This document shows, one piece after another, positions 51,533 to 64,000 of a stretch of 64,000 nt of DNA (positions within the stretch are counted from its first letter, which is position 1; each line of letters opens with the position of its first letter). Source of the DNA: the human T2T-CHM13v2.0 reference genome, Homo sapiens. The notes under the pieces are model-generated. The model was not told the origin of the DNA, made no database searches, and saw nothing but the letters and a program-made list of their open reading frames with translations. The translations under genes and the position numbers were made by a program. Where the stretch lies: NCBI RefSeq assembly GCF_009914755.1, contig NC_060925.1, one strand, 5' to 3'.

Positions 51533-51735
51533 GCAGCTGCCCTCTCCAATATGGCAACAACCAGCTACAGGTGGCTATTTAAATGTAAATGAATTAAGAT
51601 TACATAAAATTAAATATTCAGTTTCTGAGTTGCACTGGCCACATTTCAAGTAATCAACAGTCTAGTGTCCATATTGGACAGCACAAATAGAATATTTACA
51701 TTACCTAGAAAATATTATCAGATAACAATGATCTA
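51533..51735 (-). mobile_element. MER3-like hAT MITE
   Basis: tccaatatggcaacaaccagctacaggtggctatttaaat..gcactggccacatttcaagt..atattggacagcaca. Confidence 0.75.
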
Positions 51736-54059
51736 GAGAAAATCACTCTACCTATTTCTCCAAGCCTCAGTTTCCTCAGCAGCCAAATGAGATCATAATG
51801 AGATTTCATAAGTAATATACAGTACTTGGCACAGAGTGAGCCCTCAATAAGTTTTCTTGCTTTCATTCATCAAGTAGTATGTGCTGCTTGAGTGTAGGGA
51901 TCACATCTAATTATTTTTATACCCACGTTCCCTTCCTAGTACAATACCTGCTCATAAGAGGTACACAATAAATATACTTTTAACTATACTACTTATTCTT
52001 TCAACTCAATCTCTAACTTAATTTATTCTCACCAATGCCTGAAATAGGGTTTAGAGAGTAAACTGATTATATTATGTTTTATATTTTATATAAAATAGAT
52101 TTAATATATGAGTATCCATATATCATATATAAAAATATATGTATAATTTTGTGTGTATATAATTTAGTACAGATACAAAGCCCAGTATTTATTGAGAGAG
52201 GGAAGGAAGTATGGAAGAAAGAAAAGAAGGAAGGAAAGAAGGGAGGAAGGCTAGCTGTTAACATTTACTCAGTGCAGCATGAAGTGCTTTGTTTACATTA
52301 TTTCATTTACTCCTCACAAAAATTTTATAAAATGGCATTGTAACCCCCATTTTACTGGTGAAGAAATAGAGACTCAGAAATTCAGAGCAAAAATTCAAGC
52401 CTATATTTTTCTAAATTCAAAGTTCATGCTCTTAGCTATTATATTACAGCCTCCCAGTGATGAAGGAATAATAGATATTCTTTGTCTACTCTAGTAGATT
52501 CTTGTGGTAATAAAATGAGATAATATATGTGAACACTTGTTGTAAACTCTAAATATCTATGCAAGGTAATCCTTACTATTTCATACTTACTATTGTTTAG
52601 CACACTAACCCTGGAGCCAGAGTACCTGGATTAGAACACCAGTAAATTGCTTAATCTCTCAATGTCTAACCTCAAAATCAGAATAATAATGATGGAATAA
52701 TAATATTATGCATGTCCCATAGCACTATTGTGAGGATTACATGAACTAATATATTTGAAATGCTTAGAATAATTTCTGACACATCTTTATCTCCATACAG
52801 GTGTTACGCATTAATGTCCCTGTGTTACTATTGCTGTTGCATGGTAAAGAAGCAGGAATAGAAATATCTTAGAACTGGAAAATATCTTGCATAGAAGTGA
52901 AGAGTCTAGTTTCTCCAACTTTTTTTTTCCCAAAGTTAAAATAAGCAAAAGAGTTCTCCATTATTTTATATACCATTTAATCAGAACTCTTATAGAGGCC
53001 AATTCATCTGGAAACCTTCAGCATTTTGGAGACAAAGCTCTAATCAGTCCCTAGCCCAGAGTCTCAAATGAAGCCATAGGATGTATGAGTCAATGAGCCA
53101 CCTAGTGCAGCTCAGCCAATGAAGTGGAGGCTTTGTAGGGTGAGAGGTCCTAGATTTCCACAGCCCAGAGAATGGAAACTGAAGGTTGGTGTTTGAGCCA
53201 ATAGGCCCTGGGCAAGCACCAAACGTGCGTTAGAAGTTTCTGGACATATGTCATAGCAATATTTAGGCAAAATTTTCCCCTCTATAATCTCCTCAAGGTC
53301 CCAAAGCCATGTTGTCAATAGTGAAAAAGAGAATGAGAAGAAGAGTCCATTGTTCACTCTAACAGTGATTATTATTTACTGTTTTCTATCACGCGAGGGT
53401 GATTCATTGCACCTGGATTTCAGAGCTTTTCTGAGAAACTTAAGAGTTTACCCAGACATTGAGGCAAGGTGAGGCAATGTGGGGAGGGTGGAGGGAGAGA
53501 AATTTGATTCAATTTATTACCAAATGTTTGTTTGATGGCAAAAAAAATAGTCTCCAGGGATGTTGACTCCAATTGCTGAAAAGTCACGGGCATCAAACTT
53601 CAGAGATACACACACACTTAGAATAAAACATCTCAAGTGGATTTTTCTTTCTTTTTCTCCTTTATTTGCATAGGCATAGAGGTATAGAGGGCATCTCCTC
53701 AGTAGAATACTGAGAAACTGGCATAAGAATTTACCAGCATTCCTGCTTCAGGCAAGTCAAAGGAAATAAGTAATGTGGGTTCTTATAATTGTGCCTCACA
53801 AAGTAGGAGGGCCTTAAAATCAGAATGCTGGTAGATACTGATGAAACAGTTCTATGTCCCATATAGTTAATTAAATAGTACTGGCAGTTGGTTAAATGAG
53901 AATGACAAGGATAAGAAATTGTTTTAAACGAATTTCGAGATTTTACATAGCATTCGAGAAGATGTGGTGTTATTTACTGACAGACAATCCAAAAGTAAGA
54001 ATATCAGAGAATACAGCCCAGAAGGGGAAAGAAGGAAAAAAAATAAAACAAACAAACAA

Positions 54060-54300
54060 AAAATCACAGCTTACATTGAGTCCTGCTATGTGCCAAGCAC
54101 TGAATTAGGCACTTTGTATGGATCCTTTTATTTAATCTTCACCAAAACTGGTAAGGTAGCTAATATTATCACTATTTTACAGATAAGAAAATTGAAATTC
54201 AGGAATCTAAGTAACAAATGTAAGATATTATGGTTATTAAGTATTAAGATTAAATTCAAACCCCAGTCTTTACTGTGTTAAAGCTTGTGATCTTTCTACC
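54060..54300 (-). mobile_element. MIR
   Basis: cattgagtcctgctatgtgccaagcactg..atttaatcttcac..attttacagataagaaaattga. Confidence 0.8.
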
Positions 54301-54598
54301 ATATCCTTATTGAGTGCCAAGGATATTATCATAGTGAATCCTCATTATGTCCTATAATTTAGATATTATTATCCCCATTTTACAAATGAAGAAACTGAGG
54401 TTCAGAGATAGTCAATGATTTGCCAGTAGAACTAAATGGAGAGACTTCAGGCTTTGGAAGCAGATAAATCCAAGATTCAAATCTCAGTTTTATTATGTAT
54501 CAAGTATGTGACTTGGGTTATTCGATTCTCTACTGTAATTTAGGAGCCTTATGAGGTTGCTCCAAGGATCCAAAAAGGCAAAACATGTTAAGTTCTCA

Positions 54599-54907
<309 letters not shown>

Positions 54908-55254
54908 AACTTCTTAATAAACGGTAGCTATTATTTTTATCATCAGCCATCTCATATTTCTCATTTGAAATTAAACTAAAAATGTTTAATGGCATGGTAG
55001 AACATCTGCCATATATTAATAGTAAGTATTCAAAAAATGATAGCTATTATTCTTATGGTTAGGTATCAAGAATGGCCTTTGCACTGTCATCTACTAACCC
55101 AAAAATCCATGAAAGAAGCCCCTGTCCCATCTCGCCTGCAGGATTTCCTCAATAATAAAACTTTCTGAGTTCACTCAGGTGCAACCTGATCTCTCCTCCC
55201 CTTGACTCTGGCAACCACTGGTATTCCACCTCTCTCGACCTCCACCTCCCCGCA

Positions 55255-55350
55255 GGATCAGGGCAGAATAATATCCTTCTCCTTCTTCTAAGGGATGTAA
55301 GGCAGCTTAAATAATTAACGATTGTAAGGTGCTTTGAAAAGAAAAAACAA
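55255..55350 (+). mobile_element. Ancient MIR-core (MIR3/MIR1_Amn-like) fragment
   Basis: agggatgtaaggcagcttaaataattaacgattgtaaggtgctttgaaaa parallels the recalled core agggatgttgtgaggattaattagttaatgtttgtaaagcgctttgaaga. Confidence 0.55.
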
Positions 55351-55967
55351 AACACCATAAATCCCAAGAATTAATTCATAAAATCAGTGGTGGGCTCAAC
55401 AATTATATATGTCATATTTGTTCAGCTGTGAGAATGGTATAGAACATCAAAGTTGGAAGTGTGGTCCAAATCTCTCAAGACCAAGGATTTCCTGCAACTC
55501 TATATTGTCTGTATTCTCTGAGGCTAAAATTTTAAAGTTCCAATCTCTTAAACAAGACATTAGGAATAGTTGTATTTTATTAGTTTTCTAAGCCTCTCCA
55601 CTCCTCAGATCTAACCTGCATTGTGTTTGCATTTTGGAAGGCAAGTGACAGAGTGAATAGCACACAAGACTTTGAGTTAGTAGAGCTGCGTTGGAGTTCT
55701 CATTCCATCACTTTCTAACTAGTTATTTAACTTCTCTGAGTCATTTTTTCTCCTTAGAAAAAGAAAAAGGCTAGTAGTAATACTAGTAATTTAGGTTATT
55801 ATAGTGAATTATTGAGATAATAGTTATGTATTCATTCACCAGAAATTTACTGAGTATCTTATTCTGTGCCAGACTTATATTATGCAATAGGAATAAAAAA
55901 AAATTCTTGGTTTTAACAGTCAAAACAGACAAGTAATCTAATTATTGCTATGGTGTGAGCCATGACC

Positions 55968-56130
55968 TTGTCACTCCAAGTGTGGTTCAAGGACCAACAT
56001 CATTATCGTCATCTAAAAGAATGTTAAAAATGCAGAATATTGGTCCTATCCCAGACCTACTGAATTATAATCTGCATTTTCACAAGGTCCTGGGGTATTC
56101 CTGTACACATTAAAGATTGAGAAGCACTGG
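55968..56130. mobile_element. MER5-family hAT MITE
   Basis: aagtgtggttcaaggacca..aaatgcagaat..cccagacctactgaat..ttgagaagcactg. Confidence 0.8.
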
Positions 56131-56694
56131 GCTCAGGGCAATGCTAACGTAAGTACAGGGTACTGTGGGGCTATAAACAAGACAAAATATGCACATATTA
56201 GCTGGATAGGTGAAGTTGGTGCTCAGCTAAGGCTGGCTGTTGGGTATTCAGTCTGGGGAAGGAATATATGCAAAAGCACAGAGGCATGAAGCAGCATGGC
56301 ACCTTCAAGACACTCTAAGGAACTCAATATTTCAGCATCAGATTGGGATTTCTGTAATCACTAAAGTGCTGTTGATAGCTGTCCTTTATATTCAAACATA
56401 ATAATTCCTAAACATCACCTAAGTCCTTTTCTTTCCTTCTAAGATGCTTTTAGTGTGCACTACATAGATATAAACCTGCCTCTGAACTTCAAATTTACAT
56501 ATGTTTATTTTGTATAAATTACAAATGCATTTACTGATAGGGAATCTCCAACAGTAGAAGGTCAGATTAAAATTTATAATTTGTGGCTCATTTCCAACAT
56601 GTTTGATATTGTTGAAAGAGAGAGTGAGAGAGAGGAAGAGAGGGAAGAAAGAACAAAGGAAAAGAAAAAAAGGAAAGAAAAAAGAAGAAAATGA

Positions 56695-57080
<386 letters not shown>

Positions 57081-57577
57081 TCAAGCTTAAATATTATTCA
57101 TGCCTGAGTTTCTGCTCTTCATGGGCACTTTTATCATTTGAATTTAACTCTTTTTACTCTCTTGATCTTTTATTGACTTCAGTTTTGTCATTTTCTACAC
57201 AGTTTTAAGGATATTTTGCATTAGTTCAATATATTTAAATTTGTCCAATCTCAGATATGGCTCACAAAACCTTTATAATCTTCACTTGCCTAGTTTTCTA
57301 GGCTTACTCAATTTCCCCATGACTAGGCTGGAAATAAAAATATCTTTCTTTCCTAGAGAATGCCAATTACTCTGTTACATTCAGTCCTTTTGAAATACTT
57401 TTTCCTCTGCCTAGAGCTCCTTTATCCTCAGGAAAATCCTCACTCTTTAGTAGGAATAGTTGCTATGGATACTATCTATTTAGGACCTATTATAGGTACT
57501 CAGCAATTTTTATTAACTTTTTTAATTACTGGGAATGCAACAATATTAAGTGCACCTTAATCTTTGTCTCAGGCACA

Positions 57578-57626
57578 GTTGTTGTTGTTGTTGTTGTTGT
57601 TGTTTTGTTTTTGTTTTTGTTTTTTT
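57578..57626. repeat. (GTT)n/(GTTTTT)n simple repeat
   Basis: Directly visible. Confidence 0.9.
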
Positions 57627-59084
57627 GGGGAAACCCAAACTATGACATTTCCAATTTGCAAAACACGTTCACATCAATATTATCATTTTAACTTCAAGCT
57701 ATCTGAGGTTGTATATATCAATTATATTCAACCCTACTCTTAAGTACTCATTTATTATTAAACGATTTTAAATATTCATTCTTTCAAGATATTTATTGAG
57801 CAGCTACTATGTCCCAGGCTATAATCTGTCACTCTGCTCTCTTTGACACTTTGATGATGTCTGAGATTATTTGTTGCCTTTTACAGCCACAGGCTCCTAG
57901 ATTTCATTGACCTTTATGAGAATCTCATCCAGCCTTTGACCCAACACAGAGAGCCCACCCAGAGCTCCTCAGCATGGTGTTAAGCAGAGGTCAGCTTCTG
58001 CTTAAACACTTTTAATTAAGGAGGAATCACTTCCTCACAATGCTGTTCTTTAGAATATACTTGATCATATGAAACTGAAATTTTCTTCATGTATCTACAC
58101 CCACCAGTTCTAGTTCCACTCTCTGTTCCTTCACAAAATGCCTGCTGTCACTTCCAAATAAGTTCTAAGAATTACAGCATGTCAGTAATAAAGGAAACTT
58201 GAGGATCATCTCCCACACTTAATTCCTCATTTCAAAAATAAGAATAGTGAAGTGACTTGTCAATGACAAACTCACTTGAGTGAAATGCCTGCAATTAAAA
58301 CTTCTCTAATTCTAGGCCAATGCTCTTTCTATAAGAGCATGCAGCCTCTCATTTACCTTGATTGATTTGCTCAATGTGCCAGCTAGCCACCTCTGCACAC
58401 TTTGTGTCTCTGTGTGTGTGTGCTTGCATGTGTTCTTCCTGTTCTTTTCACCAATGATTCTTAGCTTTGACTAGACTTGTTAAATAAAGATTTATAACTT
58501 TAATGGCTTTATATGCCTGATAAAATGCTCGATTGTTTTCAATAAAAGTTGCTAAATTATTAAATTATTTTTAATGGAAGACCAACTAATCATTCATTCG
58601 ACAAAAATATACTCAGTCCATACTATGTGTCAGGCATTAGTATTGCTATTCATCACGAAATTGATGGTCTCTGCTCCAGAGAAGCTCACAACAATCAATT
58701 TGAGGAAATACATACCTAGAGGTTAGGAGTGTGGTCTCCAGTGTCAGATGGACTCGGAGAGAATCACAGCTCTCCCACTTATTCATTATAGAATCTTGGA
58801 CATGTTAACTTCAGTAGATCTCTATTTTATAAGTAGTAAAATGAGGTTATGTAACATAGTGTTAATCTCAGTGTATTCTAATGATGATTAATGACTCAAT
58901 AAATTGTAGCCATATTTATATGGTACCTAGTAACTACCCAAGAAGTTACAGTCATTATTATAGTTATTATAACTAATAAACATTCTGTTAATTTAACAAA
59001 TGGTTATTATATTTCCTCTGACAGACTATGATATATGGTTGACAAGGGTATGAGCTGTTCATATTCCTTTCAAGGAAGGACTTG

Positions 59085-59400
59085 ACCAGCTATGAAGAGT
59101 GTGATGAACACACAGCCTCCAGCTGCCAGCAACATCTGGGACTGTGAGTTAGCTAGAAGGAGCGGCTTTGCCCAAGGTCACACCCTTCCTTAGAGCAGCC
59201 CATGTATGACGACTAAGCAAAGCAAGGGTGTAAAGCTCCAGTCATCTAAGCCTAAGTCAGATCAACTCTCATTAATAATATCTACTGCAGCACTCCCTCT
59301 GCCTGATCTTGCTTCCTCACAGATGTTGTCAATCTCTAGTAAACACATCCCATCACAAACTTTATCTCCATCTCTTCTTCAGAGAACCCAACTTTTGACA
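59085..59400 (+). mobile_element. LTR16-like (ERVL) LTR remnant
   Basis: gcctccagctgccagc..ttgcccaaggtcacacccttcct..ttcagagaacccaac. Confidence 0.6.
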
Positions 59401-59429
59401 GTACCGTGCGATAACCAAGAAGGTGGCTC

Positions 59430-59650
59430 TGGATCCTCTGTGCCCAACTCTGAATTCTGACCTCCACTCCCTGGGCTCTCTCAAATGTGTCACTTAGTCA
59501 TATGTTGCCTTGGTTTCTTCACCTATAAAATGGAAATGACATTAATCTGTACCCCATAAAGTTGTGAAGATCAAGTGAATTAATCCATATTAAACACTTA
59601 AAAGAGTGCCTGGGATCATTAAGCATTCAGGAAATGTTAGGTGCTATTAT
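59430..59650 (+). mobile_element. MIR
   Basis: ccttggtttcttcacctataaaatgg..gttgtgaagatcaagtga..agtgcctgg..aaatgttag. Confidence 0.75.
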
Positions 59651-60003
59651 TTCCAACATTACAGCATGCTAGGCCCTGCGCCACACCCTGGGAACACAGA
59701 GTAAAATCAGGTATGGCCCTTGCCCATGAAGGAGTAAGTACCATGGGAGATGTGTGTGTCAATGAGAAAGAGATGCTATGATTGTAGAGAGAGTTATGTT
59801 ATTTGAAATTCCGAAATCAGGATACAAAATCCTCCTGATGTTAGGACACATATGGGAAGAGCTAGCCAGGGACTACTTCATAAAGAAGGTGACTCCCATG
59901 TAACTGCACAAAGATTGAGCAGAGGTTTGAAATGAGATTAGAGTCAGGCCATGATAGTCAACCTACCTCATCTTCTACCCTCAATAATGGTAGACACTAA
60001 TAA

Positions 60004-60370
<367 letters not shown>

Positions 60371-61164
60371 CAGTCAGCTTCTTAACATCCACTTAAAGGC
60401 AATGCTCTAAAAGCCCAACGATAGTGTAACTCCAAAGTCAGGTGAAACCCAGCCACCAAGTTTGCCCCCACAAAAAGCAAAACAAAAAAGTGTTAAGTCA
60501 ATTGGATTACTGAGTTTCACTCAGGAAATACAAGAGTTATTTCACCTGAATTAATCACAAGGCTTATTGCATCCTGAGGACGACAGACAAGAGTTTCTCT
60601 CATTCACAAGCTTCACTGACAAGGACAGCTAAAAAATGAATGTATATAGCATCAGTCTCTCTGAGCTCTTTTTTTCCCTCATAAATTTTATTTATAACAT
60701 AAATAAGACAAAGTTTGTTACTTGTGCCTATAACCCACTCAGAGAGAGGAGAGTGATTTTTACATTTGATGACCATCTACTTGACTTATGTACTTTATTA
60801 AAACAAGCAATGTGAGCATATTTTCCAAATATTCATGGGAAATTATGGGAACTGTAAGTTACATTAAACATCAACTTGCTTAGTATTGACCCTATTGCAT
60901 AAAAACAAATGATATGCTCAACTTTAAGTGTGCCTCTGTTTAAAGAATTGAATGAGGAAGGAAAATATGAGGAAGGAAGAAAATATGTTCATTCTATCCT
61001 CACTACAACTTCCATGAAATAGAGAAATTACTATTCTCATTTTACATAGGAGAAGTATGAGGCTCATAGGCAACAGAGGAGGATAAATGAGCAATGGTCA
61101 ACAAAAGCATGGCCAAAACAAACACATTTTTTTAAAAAGTGCTCTTCTATGATAGCCATGTAGT

Positions 61165-61360
61165 CATGTTGTAATGGAAGAGTTCAGGCCTTGGAACCCA
61201 AAAGACCAAAGTTCAAATTGTAGGTCTGCCGTCTATTGTATGTATGACCTTGGGCATATTTTTGAACTTATTTTTGCTTCAATCACCTCAGCTGTAAAAT
61301 GGCACAGTAACACCTATCTCTTGAATTTGTTGTGAGAATTAAATGAGATGTAGTATTCAG
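61165..61360 (+). mobile_element. MIR
   Basis: tgtatgaccttgggca..ctgtaaaatgg..gttgtgagaattaaatgagat. Confidence 0.8.
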
Positions 61361-62254
61361 TGGATGTTCAATAATGATTAGTCCTTTTCTGCTTACTCAC
61401 CATATTCCATGGTTCTTTCACTCTACTTGCAAGTGAAGGTTTTCTAGGGTCTATATCAAATCTAGATCCCCATGTTAACTCAAGCATTAGGGAGAAGAAT
61501 GAATCAGTCAGATACATAGTCCAACCATCCCAGAGCCCTAACTCTGCCTTCCTGCCCACTCTGATACCACACAAAAACCATAACTTTGTTCATTACTAAC
61601 AGCTTCCTTATTCTAACTCAGTCTGTGTCAAAATCTGGAGTTTCTAGAATCTTGGCAGTGGTGAGATCTTCTTACACATTAGCACAGGGCTTTTCCAACA
61701 CTTCTACATAATACTCATTCCACAGAGTATTCACTAGTCAATACCAAATATAATATGTCCATTTTAAAGTGACCCAATGTCCATCTGCATATTAAGTGAA
61801 CCAAGAACACCTGCAGCAGAGCACATCCTTAATTTTGTTCTGTCTACCATTTCCAGGTACTGACTATAGTTCCCTTTTGCAGAAGACCTAAAAATATTTT
61901 GTGGGACCAATGCACTGCAAAACACAAGTTCAGTGGTGTGGCCTTCATAGTAACAACTAGGACATGGAGATGGCTTCTAATCTACCTAGACTCTTGCTAA
62001 AACTGTAAGTTCTAGAATGCTGGTGGTTGTAGGGCACTAACCATCATGTAATCCAACTCTTTCATATTACCCACAGGTAATGTGAGGCTGAGAGATGGTA
62101 AGTTACTTTCCCAAAATCAGCCAGTAAGTTGGTGGGCAATGTCCGATTTCAACCCCATCCCCTGAACCCCATGTCAATATTCTCTGTGCAAGCACAGTAC
62201 CTTTTCTATTTTCAGATTAGGCTACTGATTGAAGTAAGAGGATTTGCCTAGTGT

Positions 62255-62680
62255 GTTCATTCATTGATTCTTTCATTCATTTACAAATACTCATTGAGCA
62301 CTTCTTGTGTGAAAGAAAATATACTAAGTGTTAAAGACAAAAAAGCTCTTATCTCTCCCTTTCAGGAGTCCATATTGTAGTGCAAATTAAGGTACACAAA
62401 TATCAAATAGACAACACAATCTTGCTTTGCTCTCAGGGAGGTATGTACAACAAAGTAGGAAAATGGGGAAGGAAAAGGAGACCTCCTAGAAGAGAAAGAT
62501 TCTAGAAGAAAAAGGAAGGCATCTACCATGTGAATAAGGTCTGGGGTGGAGGATTGATGAAGACATCCTGGAAAGATCAGGACTGTGTGAAGGCACAAAG
62601 TCTTGGGACAGAATGGGGAGCTTGGAGATTTTCCAATATGCCTTGCTTCAGGGCAACTGAGTGCAGAGAGGAAGGTTTAT
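62255..62680 (-). mobile_element. L2 3' fragment
   Basis: ttcattcatttacaaatactcattgagcac..ctttcaggagt..tgtgtgaaggcacaaag. Confidence 0.65.
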
Positions 62681-62860
62681 GGTGCTCTTAAACTTTGTGA
62701 TCTGCCACTTCCCTTCCTATCTTTATTTACTATAATTCACCCATTTACTCATCATTTATTCGGCAAATGCTGATTCATATTTAGTATGGGTTCTGGACAT
62801 GTCGGATAAATCCACAGGTCGTTTTCAATAAAACCTGCCCCCAAATCTCTACTCTTCTCT

Positions 62861-62863
<3 letters not shown>

Positions 62864-62905
<42 letters not shown>

Positions 62906-62932
62906 GCACACACACGCACACACACACACACA
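62864..62932. repeat. Long interrupted (CA)n microsatellite
   Basis: Directly visible; about 20 pure units followed by an interrupted second run. Confidence 0.95.
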
Positions 62933-64000
62933 AATTTTCTTGTTCTTGGTTTACTGAGCACAGTAGAGGACAGTTAACTATCCTGAGTATAAGAGTGTCT
63001 CCACCAATTAAAACTCTCCATGGCCTGATAAAACTCTCCATTGGCTTTTAAAATGACCTGCCATCCTGGCTCCAGGCAGTTCTCACAGTTCATAACTCCC
63101 CGCAGCTGCCTGCTCTTTCCTGGGACCTTTCCAGGGTAATAACTGCTATTTTCCTACTCCATGAATGTGAGAGTGAGTTCAGTCCCTATCCACAGTGCCC
63201 ACTGGATACTGCAGTATACCAGAGGCATTTAAAGGCAGTCAGTATACCCGCCTTTAAGTCTCAAAGGCAGGTCATCTACTAAGGAATTGGGCCTGAGGTG
63301 TAAGAAGCTAAGGCTTCCTACATTTAAAGAAATCACATCTATCTTGAGACAATAGCTCTTCATTTTTCTCATAAGAATTTCCTTTGGGAAGACAAAATAT
63401 GATGTTCCAGCAAAGCACTGAGCTTGAAAATAAAAAAAAAAATTAACCCTGACATTGAATAACTTATCTTTTACCTTTCCGAAGCTCTATTTACAGTATC
63501 AGTAAAATGGATATAGTAGTATCTACTCCATAGGGTTATTAGTAGTTAAAGAAGGTAGCATGGGTAAAGTACCTGATACATGACAGGTGGTCAGCGACTA
63601 TTCTAGATCTTACTTTGGTTTCAACCGTGCACTGTATACTTTCTGAGAAATTGTGAGGTCTCAAGTTTCCAAAGGCAACCGAGGACAAAATTCTCCAAAA
63701 GAAAATGTAATAATTGGCTTCTTTGACTATTTCCTTGAAATAGTAACTAATTAATGTACCTGACAGCTAGATGTTACACTTTTTGTGGATCAAATTACAA
63801 ATGGTCTTTACTTATGGAAAATTCCACTTTTAATTCCTAACTTATTAATGAAGCCAAAATGGATTTTTGTGGTTATCCGTTTGAAAGTTCCACTTTGTAC
63901 AAATAGCCATGTGTCCCTGGGTTGGTAAATTAAACTATTTGACTCTTAATTTTCTCAATTTTATCAAGTATTAACAATAATTACAAATGTCATAGAAATA

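Noticed and set aside
61401-61478. Minus-strand exon ending in strong donor ATG|GTGAGT
   Set aside because: The only nearby acceptor is a weak GAG; insufficient support.
63009-63041. Short direct repeats (taaaactctccat x2; similar cases at ~6099-6125 and ~30125-30163)
   Set aside because: Ordinary slippage duplications; two copies only, not array- or CRISPR-like.

Overview
Primate (ape-like) genomic DNA, AT-rich, with no CpG island and no recognisable protein-coding exon; it reads as intergenic or deep-intronic sequence dominated by interspersed repeats (about 11 Alus, L1 fragments of several ages, L2, many MIRs, MaLR/ERVL LTRs, hAT/Tigger MITEs and a probable L4 relic). The only gene-derived sequence is a near full-length processed RPSA pseudogene (minus strand, ~42485-43522). 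It is inserted with a 13-bp target-site duplication into an L1MA-type element that keeps its 5'UTR and 3' end but lacks most of ORF1 and the first two-thirds of ORF2. Other points of interest: an Alu with an in-place ~45-bp micro-inversion joined tail-to-tail to an L1PA 3' end, a 42-bp insert flanked by a perfect 18-bp TSD, two inverted young AluY copies sharing non-consensus bases, a well-signalled 113-nt non-coding exon candidate, and several motif-dense repeat-free blocks that may be enhancers. I see no convincing novel multi-gene system. Repeat subfamily names come from recalled consensus sequences, not from a search, and boundaries of old repeats are approximate.
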